Source: Candidatus Bathyarchaeia archaeon (GTDB taxonomy: Archaea > Thermoproteota > Bathyarchaeia > Bathyarchaeales > DTEX01). Taken from it: a stretch of 64,000 bases of DNA. The position numbers were made by a program, and so were the translations under genes. The stretch covers positions 46,797 through 110,796 of the forward strand of contig JAWAXF010000002.1 in the NCBI GenBank assembly GCA_038897035.1. The letters are read 5' to 3'. Under the pieces are notes generated by a model. That model did no database searches and was not told the origin of the DNA. It saw nothing but the letters and a program-made list of their open reading frames with translations. Position 1 is the stretch's first letter. Each line of letters opens with the position of its first letter. Positions 28,574 to 36,899 of this stretch are shown here, in pieces.

Positions 28574-29008
28574 GTGAATTTTATGGGGCATTTAGAGGTT
28601 AGGGGGCGGAGGGAGTTCCTGTTTAGGCTCCCTTATGACTCGGATCTCCTACTGGCATTAAAAGACTTGGCTAAAAAGCTCGATGTGAAGACCGGAGTAT
28701 TCGTTTTGTTGGGGGCACTGAAGAGCGCGACTATACTATATTACATGCAGGAGGAAAAGAAGTATGCAAAGATTTCGCTCGACTTCCCCCTCGAAATAGC
28801 CTCCGGAGTTGGGAATATTGCTATGATGGGTGATGATGTGCTCATACATACGCACGTCGTGCTCTCGGATAGGGATGGGAGGTGCTATGGAGGCCACCTA
28901 TCTGAGGGCTCAAGGGTATTCTCATGTGAAGTCTATTTAAGGGAGCTATCGCCGACAGTGCATAGAAAATACGACGAGCTCACAGGCCTAAACCTCCTTG
29001 ACATATAG
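28574..29008 (+). CDS. PPC (DUF296) domain DNA-binding-type protein
   Basis: The pattern REFLFRLPYDSDLL..L...GVFVLLGALKSATILYY...GNIAMMGDDVLIHTHVVLSD..G.CYGGHL is typical of the PPC/DUF296 fold. Probable ATG start at 28583. Confidence 0.7.
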   Translation: MNFMGHLEVRGRREFLFRLPYDSDLLLALKDLAKKLDVKTGVFVLLGALKSATILYYMQEEKKYAKISLDFPLEIASGVGNIAMMGDDVLIHTHVVLSDRDGRCYGGHLSEGSRVFSCEVYLRELSPTVHRKYDELTGLNLLDI

Positions 29009-29184
29009 GGTCTGCCCACTCGGCTTCTACGGGGCAGCTCAAACCTCAAAGCAAGATAATATATCCTTTGTGGTGGCTAGCCCCATGAGTCTGCCTTCTG
29101 GTGGGAGGGCTATCCCATATGTATATAAAAGCGGCGCTGTAAGGTCCCCTCGGAGTGGCCCCTAAGCGCCCTATCCCCCTCAGG

Positions 29185-29457
29185 CTATGTGACGTATATA
29201 AACTTGGCATCTGCTGGTATGCGAAGCTTACCAATTGACGCTGGCGATAATGGATATACTATATACTTGCCTGAGGGGAGCGAGATGCTTAGTACGAGCG
29301 CAACCCTATACCTAAGCATATACCCATGAGAACAGCCTACGGAGAACCTTTTCCTAGGCAACATATTTTCCACGTATTTCTCTCCACGATAGAAAACCTT
29401 TCTATATTCTGGGCTAGCACACGCAATAATATCAATCTTCATCCCTATATCCCTCAC
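29185..29457 (-). CDS. hypothetical ORF, possibly a decayed gene continuing in another frame (29046-29234)
   Basis: A 90-aa ORF whose 3-prime end overlaps a second 62-aa minus-strand ORF in a different frame. No motif recognised. Confidence 0.2.
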   Translation of the reverse strand: MRDIGMKIDIIACASPEYRKVFYRGEKYVENMLPRKRFSVGCSHGYMLRYRVALVLSISLPSGKYIVYPLSPASIGKLRIPADAKFIYVT

Positions 29458-29839
29458 CCATATTATAGTAGTCCTGCTAACGTGGTCACTTATGGTAAAG
29501 AGCCCAGCAGCCCATCAGCCTATAAAAACAAAGGAAAAAGGATCCAAGTTACCATGAATCATGAATAGCTGAGCGACGAGGTCTAGATCTAAAATGGATA
29601 AAATATAGCAACCATTTCAAGGCTCTCAAACAAGCTCCTCAATATGCTGATGAATATAAGGGCGCCCTTAAGACCTTTAAAGGCGATAACCGGAATAAAG
29701 GGAATCTTTCCAGTCCACAATTTATCAAAGATTAAATTAGGAATAATATATCGAGCAACATTCTAAATATACCCTCTCCTCTCCCCCGCTTGAAGCCATT
29801 TTTTCTTCCAAGATGACTTTTAATGAAATCCTGATTCAA

Positions 29840-29863
29840 TTCTTAATGTACGAAGATTAAGAA
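29840..29863 (-). terminator. perfect 8-bp hairpin just downstream of tRNA-Lys
   Basis: TTCTTAAT (29840-29847) and ATTAAGAA (29856-29863) flank an 8-nt loop, 13 nt past the tRNA 3-prime end. Confidence 0.3.
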
Positions 29864-29875
29864 CTGCTCTCTTTG

Positions 29876-29953
29876 TGGCGGGCCCGGGGGGAGTTGAACC
29901 CCCGACCCCCGGGTTAAAAGCCCGGTGCTCTGTCCTGGCTGAGCTACGGGCCC
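29876..29953 (-). tRNA. tRNA-Lys (anticodon UUU), CCA encoded
   Basis: Hand fold: acceptor GGGCCCG/CGGGCCC, D stem GCTC/GAGC, anticodon stem CCGGG/CCCGG with loop CTTTTAA, T arm GGGGG-TTCAACT-CCCCC. Confidence 0.9.
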
Positions 29954-29968
29954 CAACCTTAATTTGAT

Positions 29969-30002
29969 GAATAAAGCCAGATTTATGGCTTTCTGTTACC
30001 AT
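29969..30002. repeat. 34-nt repeat, copy 1 (29 of 35 aligned positions identical to 30916-30949)
   Basis: GAATAAAGCCAGATTTATGGCTTTCTGTTACCAT versus GAAAGAAGCCCAATTTATGGTTTACTGTTACCAT. On the minus strand, copy 1 lies 16-49 nt upstream of the tRNA-Lys 5-prime end and contains CCATAAAT. Confidence 0.7.
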
Positions 30003-30150
30003 CACTTTCCGCGCATTTTGTGTATGATGATAGAGGAGCGTTTTCAGAGGCGCTTTTGGCGAAAGAAGGCTAATGTAGGGTTCTCTATTACCATTGGGGA
30101 TGGTAACAGATACACCTTTTTCAGCCTTCATTTTCCCAATGGCGCCATTT

Positions 30151-30378
30151 TCAGGCTTCCCCAAAAAGTTTGTATATCCCTTCGCCTTCATCAAGCCGCC
30201 CAATATAGCACCATTTAACCTCTGTAGAAAGAAATAGGCTCGAATAGCTTTGCATTTTGCTCTTTCTATGGGCTTTAACCTCGAACGCTATTATCATATT
30301 ATCCTTAACGGCAAAAACGTCTGGCAGAGGCTTATTCGCCTCCTCAATTGGCTTAAACCGCCATAACTTATAACTGCT
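30151..30378 (-). pseudogene. PD-(D/E)XK nuclease (Hjc-like) gene fragment lacking a start
   Basis: My translation of the open frame gives SSYKLWRFKPIEEANKPLPDVFAVKDNMIIAFEVKAHRKSK...IYKLFGEA*. PDVFAVKDNMIIAFEVKA matches the catalytic D...(E/D)xK strand pair of Holliday-junction-resolvase-type nucleases. There is no N-terminal part and no in-frame ATG upstream of the motif. Confidence 0.35.
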
Positions 30379-30549
30379 TTAAGCAGGCAAAAATTTACGC
30401 TAAAGATTTATGCGCTATGCCAGTAATATCATCATTGCTTAAGAGGATTGTTAGGGAGAGGGAGAACGGGCTTCTCGACTGGGTTCACGCGGTTAAGAGA
30501 CTTAAGAGATAGGGTTTTCCAGGCGCTAAAAAGATCATGAAGTAAGAAA

Positions 30550-30896
30550 ATGGATAGTTTTTCTATCCATCACTTAGAAATAACATTTCACATGAGGTCT
30601 CCCGGTTTTTCTGGCGGTTATGGCGGCGTTATAGGGCGGGGGCATGGATTTCAGATAGAAAAACTGTCCAAAATAGGGGATTAAGTCTTCCCCAAGAGGC
30701 TTCCACGCGGGTTGATGGACAAACTTTTTAGCCATCCTAAAAATGCAGTTAACCTTACGGCCCTAAGGTTAACAAAAAGCGCCCCTCCAGGAGCGGAAAC
30801 GTTAACCCTTTCTTACATAAGGTTAAATAATCCGGGAACCAGCAGACAAAAGTCCACTTATGCCAAATGATGACATAAGTCTTTCCTGAGAATAAA
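30550..30896 (+). repeat. hairpin-rich, inverted-repeat-bounded element, copy A (MITE-like or structured RNA)
   Basis: The left end has the hairpin ATGGATAG-TTTTT-CTATCCAT, followed by ATCACTTAGAAATAAC. The right end is GTCTTTCCTGAGAATAA. Internal hairpins are at 30676-30693, 30748-30773 (10-bp perfect stem GTTAACCTTA) and 30857-30879. The first ~150 nt align with the reverse complement of 43590-43739. Confidence 0.5.
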
Positions 30897-30915
30897 TTTT
30901 AGAGACGTAATCAAA

Positions 30916-30949
30916 GAAAGAAGCCCAATTTATGGTTTACTGTTACCAT
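30916..30949. repeat. 34-nt repeat, copy 2
   Basis: See copy 1. It lies between the YdhR-like gene stop and element A. Confidence 0.7.
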
Positions 30950-31077
30950 GGAGACATAACGGGCCCTCTTTTCTGCCTTAAAAATTCTTGGGTTTTGCTG
31001 TTTTCTTACTTCTCTCGGCACTTTTATTGTGTCCTTGGTAATTGTGTATTACAAAAAGATTGTGGTGCGAATTATGA

Positions 31078-31425
31078 TTATTCTATGGGCCCATGGGTGA
31101 TCTTTGTAGGTTCGCGCAATATCTCGAATATCTTTACTTCAAGGTCGCTTATAGTTGGGTTCTTTTTTAATGCCGAGAATAGCTCTCCCCTAAGATATGT
31201 CTCCACTGAAGCCTCATCTTTAAACAAGTAAATTCCAGAGAGTAGGCTTTCAGATTCATTTATGAGCCAAATCTTCCATAAAAGTCCCTGGACTTCACCA
31301 CCAGGTCTGAATTTTGGAGCGACTTCTAAGATAGATTTTTCAAGCTCAGCCCTTGGTACTTTAAATTTGAACCTCACCTGAAGTACTCTCATTCTAGGCA
31401 CCAAAAAAGTATTTTTAGAGCCCAC
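31078..31425 (-). CDS. YdhR-like putative monooxygenase (dimeric alpha-beta barrel)
   Basis: GLLWKIWLINESESLLSGIYLFKDEASVETYL resembles the YdhR signature (GFLWKVW...GGIYLF.DE.SA.AYL) as I recall it. Confidence 0.65.
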   Translation of the reverse strand: MGSKNTFLVPRMRVLQVRFKFKVPRAELEKSILEVAPKFRPGGEVQGLLWKIWLINESESLLSGIYLFKDEASVETYLRGELFSALKKNPTISDLEVKIFEILREPTKITHGPIE

Positions 31426-31517
31426 TTTTTAAGTCTTTTCTGAAGAACCGAGAATTTAAGACGTGAGACGGCGTTTCTCTTTTCTCCATGTTTGAGGGTT
31501 ATTTAAGTACAACTTAA

Positions 31518-31691
31518 ATGAGCGCGGAGGGAGCCGCGTTAAACGTTAAAATCTGCACTAATCCAACCGTCAAAATGGCCTTAAATCCTCCGAGTCTTAG
31601 CGCCTCCTTATCAGACTTCAGGGAATACTATAATGATGACTTTGAAATCGTAAGGGACTTTGAGAGAATAAGAGATCAATATATCATTTAA
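31518..31691 (+). CDS. possible small ORF (57 aa)
   Basis: ATG at 31518 to TAA at 31689-31691 by my translation (MSAEGAALNVKICTNPTV...FERIRDQYII). It falls below the ORF-track cutoff and has no motif. Confidence 0.15.
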   Translation: MSAEGAALNVKICTNPTVKMALNPPSLSASLSDFREYYNDDFEIVRDFERIRDQYII

Positions 31692-31742
31692 TACTGCCAA
31701 AATATCTAGAGAGGGCTTCTCTTATTCTACTATATGGAATGT

Positions 31743-32495
31743 TTATCCAAGAGCGCTTGTAATTCCAGTAACCTCTTCGAAGTCCATGTAGTCTCCGCCA
31801 ACAACCTTGAGTTTCGCCTCGATTCTCTTGCCTTTAAGCTCTATCACATTATATGAGTTTAGAAAGAAGCCACGTAGCTTCTCGCATGAGATGCTTCCAG
31901 CATGGAGCATCTGTATATCTTCTATTCGCCATCTCCATGGTCTATGCCGATGCCCGCACAGAACCAAGTCTACCTTCCCCTTTATGAGGGTTCTGAGTAC
32001 GTCGCCTGCATCCAAGACCGTGATCTGGTCCGCGCCAGTATCCGGAACCGGGACTATGTGGTGGTGTATGGCCACAATCTTTACGTGATTCTTATAGTTC
32101 TCCAGCGTGCTTTCAAGCCAAAGGTTCTGTCTATGCCCAACTTCCCCATCATCTCTGTCGGGGCGCGCGCTACTCAGCACGATCATTATGACATCGCCAA
32201 TTTCAGTAACCTGGTTAAATGGGAAAAGCTGTTTAAAAAGTAGATAGCCCGTGGATCTGTAGTCGTGGTTCCCGCTAATGTAAATAACTTTTTCAGTCTT
32301 TAGCCGCTTAAACTCTTCACGGGCCATTTTAAACTCTGAGAGTATACCATTTTCTGTTATATCACCAGTCACCACAACCACATCTGGTGAGAGGGCATTT
32401 ATTTCATCCATAGCGGTGTGAAAAACCCCGTAATTAAACATCGGCCCACAGTGGACGTCTGAAATCTGAACGATAAGCATGGGTATCCCTCCCAA
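31743..32495 (-). CDS. metallophosphoesterase (calcineurin-like)
   Basis: Motifs ISDVHCG, VTGDITENG, GNHD, AIHHH and CGHRH. Confidence 0.8.
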   Translation of the reverse strand: MGGIPMLIVQISDVHCGPMFNYGVFHTAMDEINALSPDVVVVTGDITENGILSEFKMAREEFKRLKTEKVIYISGNHDYRSTGYLLFKQLFPFNQVTEIGDVIMIVLSSARPDRDDGEVGHRQNLWLESTLENYKNHVKIVAIHHHIVPVPDTGADQITVLDAGDVLRTLIKGKVDLVLCGHRHRPWRWRIEDIQMLHAGSISCEKLRGFFLNSYNVIELKGKRIEAKLKVVGGDYMDFEEVTGITSALG

Positions 32496-32513
32496 TATTT
32501 CTTACCAAGACCC

Positions 32514-32870
32514 CTAAGTAAATTTGTTTATCTGTGTTATTGCGTAAGCTAATGATGCTATAGAGAGAACCACATAGAAAATGGTTCCCGTGAGTGCCAG
32601 TATGCTTAAAATATCTTGGCTAAAGGAAAAGGTCATTGCGGCTAGCGTCACAAACCCAAACGTGAGACTGATAAGTGAGATTAGAGCCAATGTATAAAGT
32701 GTCCCCCTTCTTTTTCCATATACTCCACAGGATGCAATTATATTGAGCACGCCTACCAGGCATATATGAACAGGAACATATTTTGATTGAGTAGCAACGA
32801 TTATCAACGCTATTCCAGCAATAAAATAGGCTACTGAAATAATGTGTGACATGGATATCCTCTCAATCAT
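32514..32870 (-). CDS. small integral membrane protein
   Basis: 118 aa with about four hydrophobic helices. Confidence 0.5.
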   Translation of the reverse strand: MIERISMSHIISVAYFIAGIALIIVATQSKYVPVHICLVGVLNIIASCGVYGKRRGTLYTLALISLISLTFGFVTLAAMTFSFSQDILSILALTGTIFYVVLSIASLAYAITQINKFT

Positions 32871-32934
32871 ATTGCTCTCATCCGGGATGCTTTTTCATTA
32901 AGTAAAGCATATATTTAATACAAATCTTTATTCC

Positions 32935-33849
32935 TTGCCGACAGATATGAGCAATCTAAACCTCTTTATATCACCAGCACCGCTGTTCGGTGGCTATCAA
33001 AAGGAGTTTAAGGATGCAGAATACATTGTTTTTGGAGTACCCTTCGATGCAACGAGTACATATCGCTCAGGAGCCAGATTTGCACCCACAGCCATTAGGG
33101 AGGCGTCCCTTAATATAGAAACATACAGCTTTAGGTCAGGCATTGACCTAGAGGATCTGAAAATACATGACGCAGGGGACCTCCATACAAGCATGAATGC
33201 TGGTGAGACGCTGAGAAGAGTGGAGGCGGTTTGCCGAGATATCCTCAAAGAGGATAAAATGCCAGTTATCATAGGTGGCGAGCACACAATAACTTTCGGC
33301 GCGGCAAAGAGCATCAAGGGAGACCTCACGATAGTCAGCTTTGACGCGCACCTAGACTTAAGAGATGAGTATATGGGTGAAAGATTATCACATACAACCT
33401 TCCTTCGGAGGATAAATGAGGAGATGGAGCCGAAGAGAATAATGGTGATCGGTGCTAGAGCTGCATGCAGAGAGGAGCTGAGGTACGTCTCCGAGTCCGA
33501 GAATATTAGGTATATAACCTCACAGAAGATTTTACATGAGGGTATTGAGGGTGCATTAAGAGACATTAAGGACTTTCTCTACGACCGTGATAGGCTGTAT
33601 ATTACAGTTGACATGGACGTTCTAGACCCATCCTTCGCACCCGCCGTTCAAAATCCTGAGCCAGAAGGAATCTCCTTAACTATGCTTTTAGATATACTGC
33701 TGGAGATTTGTGATGATCGATTAGCTATATTTGATCTTGTTGAGGTCACACCGCACTATGATAATGGCATAACAGCGGCGGCCGCCGCTAAGATAATATT
33801 TGAGACCCTCATGCATCATCATAAGGTTATTGAAAGAAGAAGGGAATAA
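32935..33849 (+). CDS. speB: agmatinase (ureohydrolase family)
   Basis: Mn-binding motifs GGEHTITFG, SFDAHLDLRD and DMDVLDPSFAP, at the size typical of archaeal agmatinase. Confidence 0.8.
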   Translation: MPTDMSNLNLFISPAPLFGGYQKEFKDAEYIVFGVPFDATSTYRSGARFAPTAIREASLNIETYSFRSGIDLEDLKIHDAGDLHTSMNAGETLRRVEAVCRDILKEDKMPVIIGGEHTITFGAAKSIKGDLTIVSFDAHLDLRDEYMGERLSHTTFLRRINEEMEPKRIMVIGARAACREELRYVSESENIRYITSQKILHEGIEGALRDIKDFLYDRDRLYITVDMDVLDPSFAPAVQNPEPEGISLTMLLDILLEICDDRLAIFDLVEVTPHYDNGITAAAAAKIIFETLMHHHKVIERRRE

Positions 33850-33866
33850 TAATCTGTAAGGAGATT

Positions 33867-35102
33867 TTATAGAGCTCCTTCAGTCGTTACATCGATCAGT
33901 CTTTGGATTTCTCTCTCAAGATCCTTTGGCAACCCAAATATGCTTACATCCATGAAGCCCCTGACAATAAGGGACTCCGCCTCACTCCTCGAGAAGCCCC
34001 TGGCCATCAGGTACTGAATCTGCTCCTCCGATATCTTCCCAACAGCTGCCTCATGCGTTAGTTCGGCACCCTGCGCCTTAGCCACAAGCTCCGGAATCGC
34101 ATGGATCATTGCCTTATCGGACAATAATAGGCCTCTGCACTCTAGGTGGGCCCTTGTGTCCCCATGCTCGCTCACTAGGAAGCCTCTAGCATATATTTGC
34201 GCCCTGTCTCTTGCAATCGCCCTGGAAATAACCTCGCCTCTGCAGTCCTCGTTTTGGAGGACTATTTTTGAGCCTACGTCGATATAGGAATCTCCCACAC
34301 CATAAATGATTGTATTGAATCTGGCGCGCGCATCCTTCCCACCGCAGTATGCGACTGGATAAGCCTGTAAACTCCTAAGCGGCTTGAAGCACATATAATT
34401 GCTTACAAATACCCCATTGTCCTCGATAATCGCCCCGGATCTGGGCCTAGAATCAAATTTTTGAGTCCAGTTATGGATCATGGTGAACGTTAATTTGGCA
34501 TCCCGTTTAATATAGAACTCCGTTATGCCTATGTGGAGCCCGCGCTGGACGCTTGGGTGTAGGGTGCAGCCAGTTATTATCTGAGCTTCTGAGCCGGGCT
34601 CAGCTATTATTACGTTGTGGACGTTTTGGTTCAAGTTGTCTGTTGATATGAAGAGACATGCCTGCAGGGGTAGAACAACTTTTTGATCCTCAAGTATCCT
34701 AATGAAGTATCCCTGATCTAACGCGAGCTCAGCTAGGGCGGTATACTTGTCCTTATCAACTTCCACGCTTCTCCACCAATACTCCTTCAGCCAGTCATAT
34801 TTGGCAAGCGCCTCCTTGATACTCATTATCTCAACTTTATTCTCGAAGGCTTCTTGAATCGCCTTGAAGACGACAGAATGATCTATTTGAAAATATGTTG
34901 CGGACCTCTCCTTCTCATCAGCTACGACGCCAACGCTTAGCGCCCTATCCAAGATATCCCTCGGGAGAGCAGAGAGCAGACATGCATCCCAATTTTTTGC
35001 CTCTCTAGAGTACTGGCTTATGTCGAGATCCGGGCCGTACTCAGATGGCTTATTTATAGCTCGCAGCGCTCTATCTTTGCTTGAATACATTTCTCGCACC
35101 AC
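33867..35102 (-). CDS. Fe-S cluster assembly protein, SufB/SufD family
   Basis: C-terminal beta-helix family pattern (HEAAVGKISEEQIQYLMARGFSRSEAESLIVRGF). Immediately downstream of and overlapping sufC. Confidence 0.85.
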   Translation of the reverse strand: MVREMYSSKDRALRAINKPSEYGPDLDISQYSREAKNWDACLLSALPRDILDRALSVGVVADEKERSATYFQIDHSVVFKAIQEAFENKVEIMSIKEALAKYDWLKEYWWRSVEVDKDKYTALAELALDQGYFIRILEDQKVVLPLQACLFISTDNLNQNVHNVIIAEPGSEAQIITGCTLHPSVQRGLHIGITEFYIKRDAKLTFTMIHNWTQKFDSRPRSGAIIEDNGVFVSNYMCFKPLRSLQAYPVAYCGGKDARARFNTIIYGVGDSYIDVGSKIVLQNEDCRGEVISRAIARDRAQIYARGFLVSEHGDTRAHLECRGLLLSDKAMIHAIPELVAKAQGAELTHEAAVGKISEEQIQYLMARGFSRSEAESLIVRGFMDVSIFGLPKDLEREIQRLIDVTTEGAL

Positions 35103-35794
35103 GCGTAACCCTCATTAAGTATTTGACCTAAAATCTTGATTGGCGAGCCGGAGCAAACTATAGATCCATTCATCAAGACATGCGCATCGTCTACATCAAT
35201 ATACTGGAGAATAACTCCTAAATGCGTAATTATCAGTGCTGAGCGGCCGCGTAACATTTCATTAATAACCGTGCCCAAAGTTCTTAAGTTCTCAACGTCA
35301 ACCCCGGAATCTGGTTCATCAAGCACAACGAGGTCGCCGCCATGGGCTAAAACCTGAAGAATTTCAGACTTCTTAATTTCTCCGCCTGAGAAACCCAAGT
35401 TTACGTCTCTTTCGAGGAAGGTTTGCGGGAACTTTACCCTATTGAGGAGATCCTGAATTTTATTATCGTCCAATGTTAAATGCCTCAGGATGTGCCCGAG
35501 CTTAACGCCCCTGATTGCTGGCGGATGCTGAAATGCTACGCTTATACCCATCTTAACTCTCTCGTCTGTTGGAAGATCTGTTATATCCTTGCCTTTGAAA
35601 AATATTCTGCCGGAAATAACCCTGTATGCTGGAAAGCCTAAAAGAGTCATAATTAGCGAGCTCTTTCCAGAGCCGTTGGGCCCGAAGAGCACATGAGCCT
35701 CGCCTTCAGGTATCTGCAAATTTACATTGTTTAATATTCTTCTACCGGACACCTCTACACTTAAGTTGCATATCTCAAGTATATTCTTTGTCAT
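35054..35794 (-). CDS. sufC: Fe-S cluster assembly ATPase SufC
   Basis: Walker A GPNGSGKSS, signature FSGGEIKK, Walker B VLDEPDSGVD. Confidence 0.9.
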   Translation of the reverse strand: MTKNILEICNLSVEVSGRRILNNVNLQIPEGEAHVLFGPNGSGKSSLIMTLLGFPAYRVISGRIFFKGKDITDLPTDERVKMGISVAFQHPPAIRGVKLGHILRHLTLDDNKIQDLLNRVKFPQTFLERDVNLGFSGGEIKKSEILQVLAHGGDLVVLDEPDSGVDVENLRTLGTVINEMLRGRSALIITHLGVILQYIDVDDAHVLMNGSIVCSGSPIKILGQILNEGYAWCEKCIQAKIERCEL

Positions 35795-35871
35795 AACCAG
35801 TTATCCCTTAGTTTCTCAATATTAGGGCATCGCTCTAATTAACGTTTCTCTGCAACTGGAAATGGGGCATA

Positions 35872-36792
35872 TTAAATGTAATCCATAATTTTCTTTTGCA
35901 TGCCGCCCTCCTTCAACCCGATAACGTAATTAATTATGTCGTCAACCCCCTTAAATCTCAGGTTTAAGAGTTTACTGAAGCCCCAGCCTGTGCATTTTAT
36001 GCTTGAGATGATTGATGCCGCTGTCACGGCCTTCATTAAGTCGTTTGTCTGCTTATAGGCTGCTAGGAAAGAGCCACACCATGTGTCACCAGCACCAGTC
36101 GTATCTACAACTCTTTCAACCGGGATCCTTAGCGCTGGCACAAGCTGTATATCACCATCTCTGCTTACTATTGCCCCCAAATCACCCAATGTTACAATTA
36201 AAGTCTTAGTCTCTAAGAGCTTCAGAGCAGTTGCTAGGCTCTTCGCATTTGTCAAGGCTTTTGCCTCAGAATCATTCAGTATGAAAAAGTCTACTTCTGA
36301 GGTTATCTCTCTAAGAGTATCCTTATTCTCACCTCTAATGTATCCTATCCAAGTATTGACGGAGATCTTCACCTCGGGCTTCTTTTCCCTAATTAACTTA
36401 ACGATCTTCTTAACCCTTAAGGGGGAAAGAGGCGAGATATGCACTATACTTTCTTGACCCAGGGCCTCTACCGGAACTAGTAGCGGTGATATTTTAAGGC
36501 CAGAGCCATACCTCGCCTCTAAATATTTTGCCTCCCACCGCTCATTATATTTTATGCTAAACCTTGTCGAGGAAGCATTTGAAAACTTTATGAACCTTTT
36601 TGAGAAGATATTTAAAACTTCCAGAAATGGATAATCTTTGCCTAGAACGGAGACCAAATAAACATTTTCTAGGAGGGTTTTTGCGGCAATGGCTGCATAA
36701 AGCGCGGCTCCCCCCGGCTGTAGATTAGAACCATTAATATTCTGAACTTTATCGATTGAGACATGTCCAATGAAAAATAGTCCATCGATCAT
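35872..36792 (-). CDS. PfkB-family sugar/nucleoside kinase
   Basis: N-terminal GG motif region and the C-terminal DTTGAGDTWCGSFLAAY signature. Confidence 0.8.
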   Translation of the reverse strand: MIDGLFFIGHVSIDKVQNINGSNLQPGGAALYAAIAAKTLLENVYLVSVLGKDYPFLEVLNIFSKRFIKFSNASSTRFSIKYNERWEAKYLEARYGSGLKISPLLVPVEALGQESIVHISPLSPLRVKKIVKLIREKKPEVKISVNTWIGYIRGENKDTLREITSEVDFFILNDSEAKALTNAKSLATALKLLETKTLIVTLGDLGAIVSRDGDIQLVPALRIPVERVVDTTGAGDTWCGSFLAAYKQTNDLMKAVTAASIISSIKCTGWGFSKLLNLRFKGVDDIINYVIGLKEGGMQKKIMDYI

Positions 36793-36899
36793 GGCTGCAA
36801 TCCCATTTTCTCCAACTTTAATTAATCTTAAAAGAACATTGATTATGAAAAGATATATTTGGCTGTATTTGTGGTTGAGTTTAGTGGAGCCTGATAGGT

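Noticed and set aside
29820-30203. 127-aa minus-strand ORF that reads straight through tRNA-Lys, reminiscent of SSV-type split integrase genes that overlap tRNA att sites.
   Set aside because: The translation shows no tyrosine-recombinase features, and the tRNA-encoded part is Gly/Pro/Arg-rich nonsense. About 26 stop-free codons across a GC-rich tRNA is plausible by chance. Only the upstream part may be a gene remnant.
30590-30870. RNase P RNA or small peptide genes in the ORF-free stretch: the ACAAAAGTCC motif, and short ORFs MRSPGFSGGYGG... and MDKLFSHPKNAV...
   Set aside because: The universal GAGGAAAGUCC / ACAGAA..GGCUUA P4 strands are absent on both strands. The short ORFs have no start context or motif, and the apparent peptide similarity between repeat copies follows from the DNA similarity and includes indels.
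30867-30889. C/D-box sRNA-like arrangement: ATGATGA, then 12 nt, then CTGA.
   Set aside because: No C-prime/D partner boxes or terminal stem lie within the next 40 nt. The segment is better explained as the loop and arm of the CTTATG/CATAAG hairpin in repeat copy A.
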